The notes under the pieces were generated by a model, which worked only from the letters and a program-made list of their open reading frames with translations, was not told the origin of the DNA and searched no databases. From contig JACRCW010000042.1 of NCBI GenBank assembly GCA_016218805.1, forward strand, positions 62,001 through 108,103: a DNA stretch of 46,103 bases, written 5' to 3'. Source of the stretch: Deltaproteobacteria bacterium. Lineage in GTDB: Bacteria > Myxococcota > JACRCW01. This document shows, one piece after another, positions 44,815 through 46,103 of this stretch (position 1 is its first letter; the number at the start of each line of letters is the position of its first letter). A program made the position numbers and the translations under genes.

Positions 44815-45903
44815 ATGCAAACCGCTCCCCGCGCATGGGTCGTTCTGGCCGGTTCCCTGTTTCTGATGTTGGCAGCGGTGCCGCCATGGGCCGCGCCGGC
44901 CTCCTCCGGCTCGCCGCCACTGGATGCGGACACGCTGGTGACATCCGCCTCGGGCGCAACACTGAGCGTGGCCAAGGGCTGGTGGGTCACCCGCAATGGG
45001 GACCTGCTGCGGTTGGAAGGGCCGGAGCGTGACGTCACGCTCACGCTGCTGGAGGTGAAAGACCCGGACGCGGTGCACGCCATTGCCGGGGCTTGGCCGC
45101 GCGTGCAGCCGGGGTTTGCGCGCAAGGTGAAGCAGGTGGTCACGCCGCCGCCGCGTGACGGGTGGGACGCCGTCACGCAGGTCACCTACGAGACCACCAC
45201 GCAGGAGGCGCGCGTGCTGGTGGCCATTGCGCGCCGCAAGGGCGACACGCAGTACATCACGCTGCTGGACGGTGCGCTGGCCGGCGTGGACCGCCGCGGC
45301 GCGCAGGTAAATACGGCGATTTCCAGCTTCAAGGCGCCCGGCCTGGAGGAGGAGTCCTTCCGCGGCCGCACCGCGCGCGTGCTGGACCCGCAGCGGCTGC
45401 AGGCGCTGGCGGGCTTCATTGACGACGCGCGCCAGCGCGCCAAGGTGCCGGGCGTCGCCGTGGCGGTGGTGCAGGGCGGCAAGGTGGTGCTGGAAAAGGG
45501 CTTTGGCGTTCGTACGCTGGGAAAACCGGAGCCGGTCACGCCCAACACGCTGTTCATGATCGGGAGCATTACCAAGTCGCTCACTTCGCTGATGATGGCG
45601 CGCCTGGTGGACGAGGGAAGGTTCACCTGGGAAACGCCGCTGTCCCAGGTATTCCCCGCGTTTTCGCTGGCGGACCCGGAGGCCACGCGCAGGCTGCTCA
45701 TGAAGCACACCGTTTGCGCGTGCACGGGGCTGCCGCGGCAGGACATGGAGTTCTTCTTTGGCTACTCCCGCTCCACGCCGGAGGGCCGGGTGGCGGCCAT
45801 GAAGTCCATGAAACCCACCACCGCGTTTGGCGAAACGTTCCAATACAGCAACTCCATGGTGTCCGCCGGCGGGTACCTGGCCGCGCGGCGGATCCAAGTC
45901 TGA
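44815..45903 (+). pseudogene. Truncated serine hydrolase (beta-lactamase class C-like)
   Basis: Signal peptide, VPGVAVAVV, FMIGSITK (SxxK), FQYSN (YxN); stop codon 16 residues after YSN, so the third active-site motif is absent. Confidence 0.72.
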
Positions 45904-45938
45904 GCCGGCATCTGTTCCACGAATGCCCCGACCGAACT

Positions 45939-46103
45939 GCATGCACGCTCTGCGTGCATGCGTACCCGCCCCCCTTGGGGGGCGGCCCTCGACGACGGAG
46001 CGCAGCGACGTCGGCGAGGGGGGTGGGGGGTCCGCAACCGCCGTCTTCCCCGGGTGGGACCCACCCGTTGGCGGGCCCCCCACCCCCGGCGACTGACGTC
46101 GCC
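45939..46103. repeat. Composite REP-like palindromic element running to the window end
   Basis: Hairpins GCATGCACGC/GCGTGCATGC, CCGCCCCCC-TT-GGGGGGCGG, a GCA-loop stem, GGGTGGGGGG paired with CCCCCCACCC, CGGGTGGG/CCCACCCG and GGCGAC/GTCGCC. Confidence 0.68.

Noticed and set aside
44815..45903. Functional antibiotic-resistance beta-lactamase
   Set aside because: A generic serine-hydrolase family member that lacks its C-terminal catalytic half.

Overview
GC-rich (about 70%, estimated by eye) bacterial window, most consistent with a Myxococcota or related deltaproteobacterial genome: it has MYXO-CTERM-like tails, a GltJ/AgmX-like protein, DGCG Cys-rich lipoproteins and a PEGA protein. The left third is mostly housekeeping: an Lgt-family gene, cysK, rpsA, an aldehyde dehydrogenase, proB-proA-rsfS followed by an Rsm22-like methyltransferase and a YkgJ-like Cys-cluster gene, and an RluA-family synthase, plus a small RelE/ParE toxin-antitoxin pair. 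The rest is accessory and rich in envelope/surface genes: Cys-rich repeat lipoproteins, a fibre-like secreted protein, a trypsin-PEGA pseudoprotease, an IPT/beta-propeller lipoprotein, a hybrid histidine kinase, a DUF2723 (TMEM260-like) glycosyltransferase, a (PPPPTN)13 protein, a HipA-like kinase + DUF3037 pair, an LTD-PLD-SH3-OB protein, a CAP-like MYXO-CTERM protein, and a truncated serine hydrolase next to a palindromic repeat. I saw no rRNA, tRNA, CRISPR array or transposase. The best leads are an Lgt variant tightly coupled to a MYXO-CTERM substrate, a TMEM260-like enzyme near an IPT-domain lipoprotein and Ser/Thr-rich surface proteins, a fibre/pseudoprotease surface cluster, and the kinase-DUF3037 module. 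All family calls come from motif recognition by eye; no searches were run.
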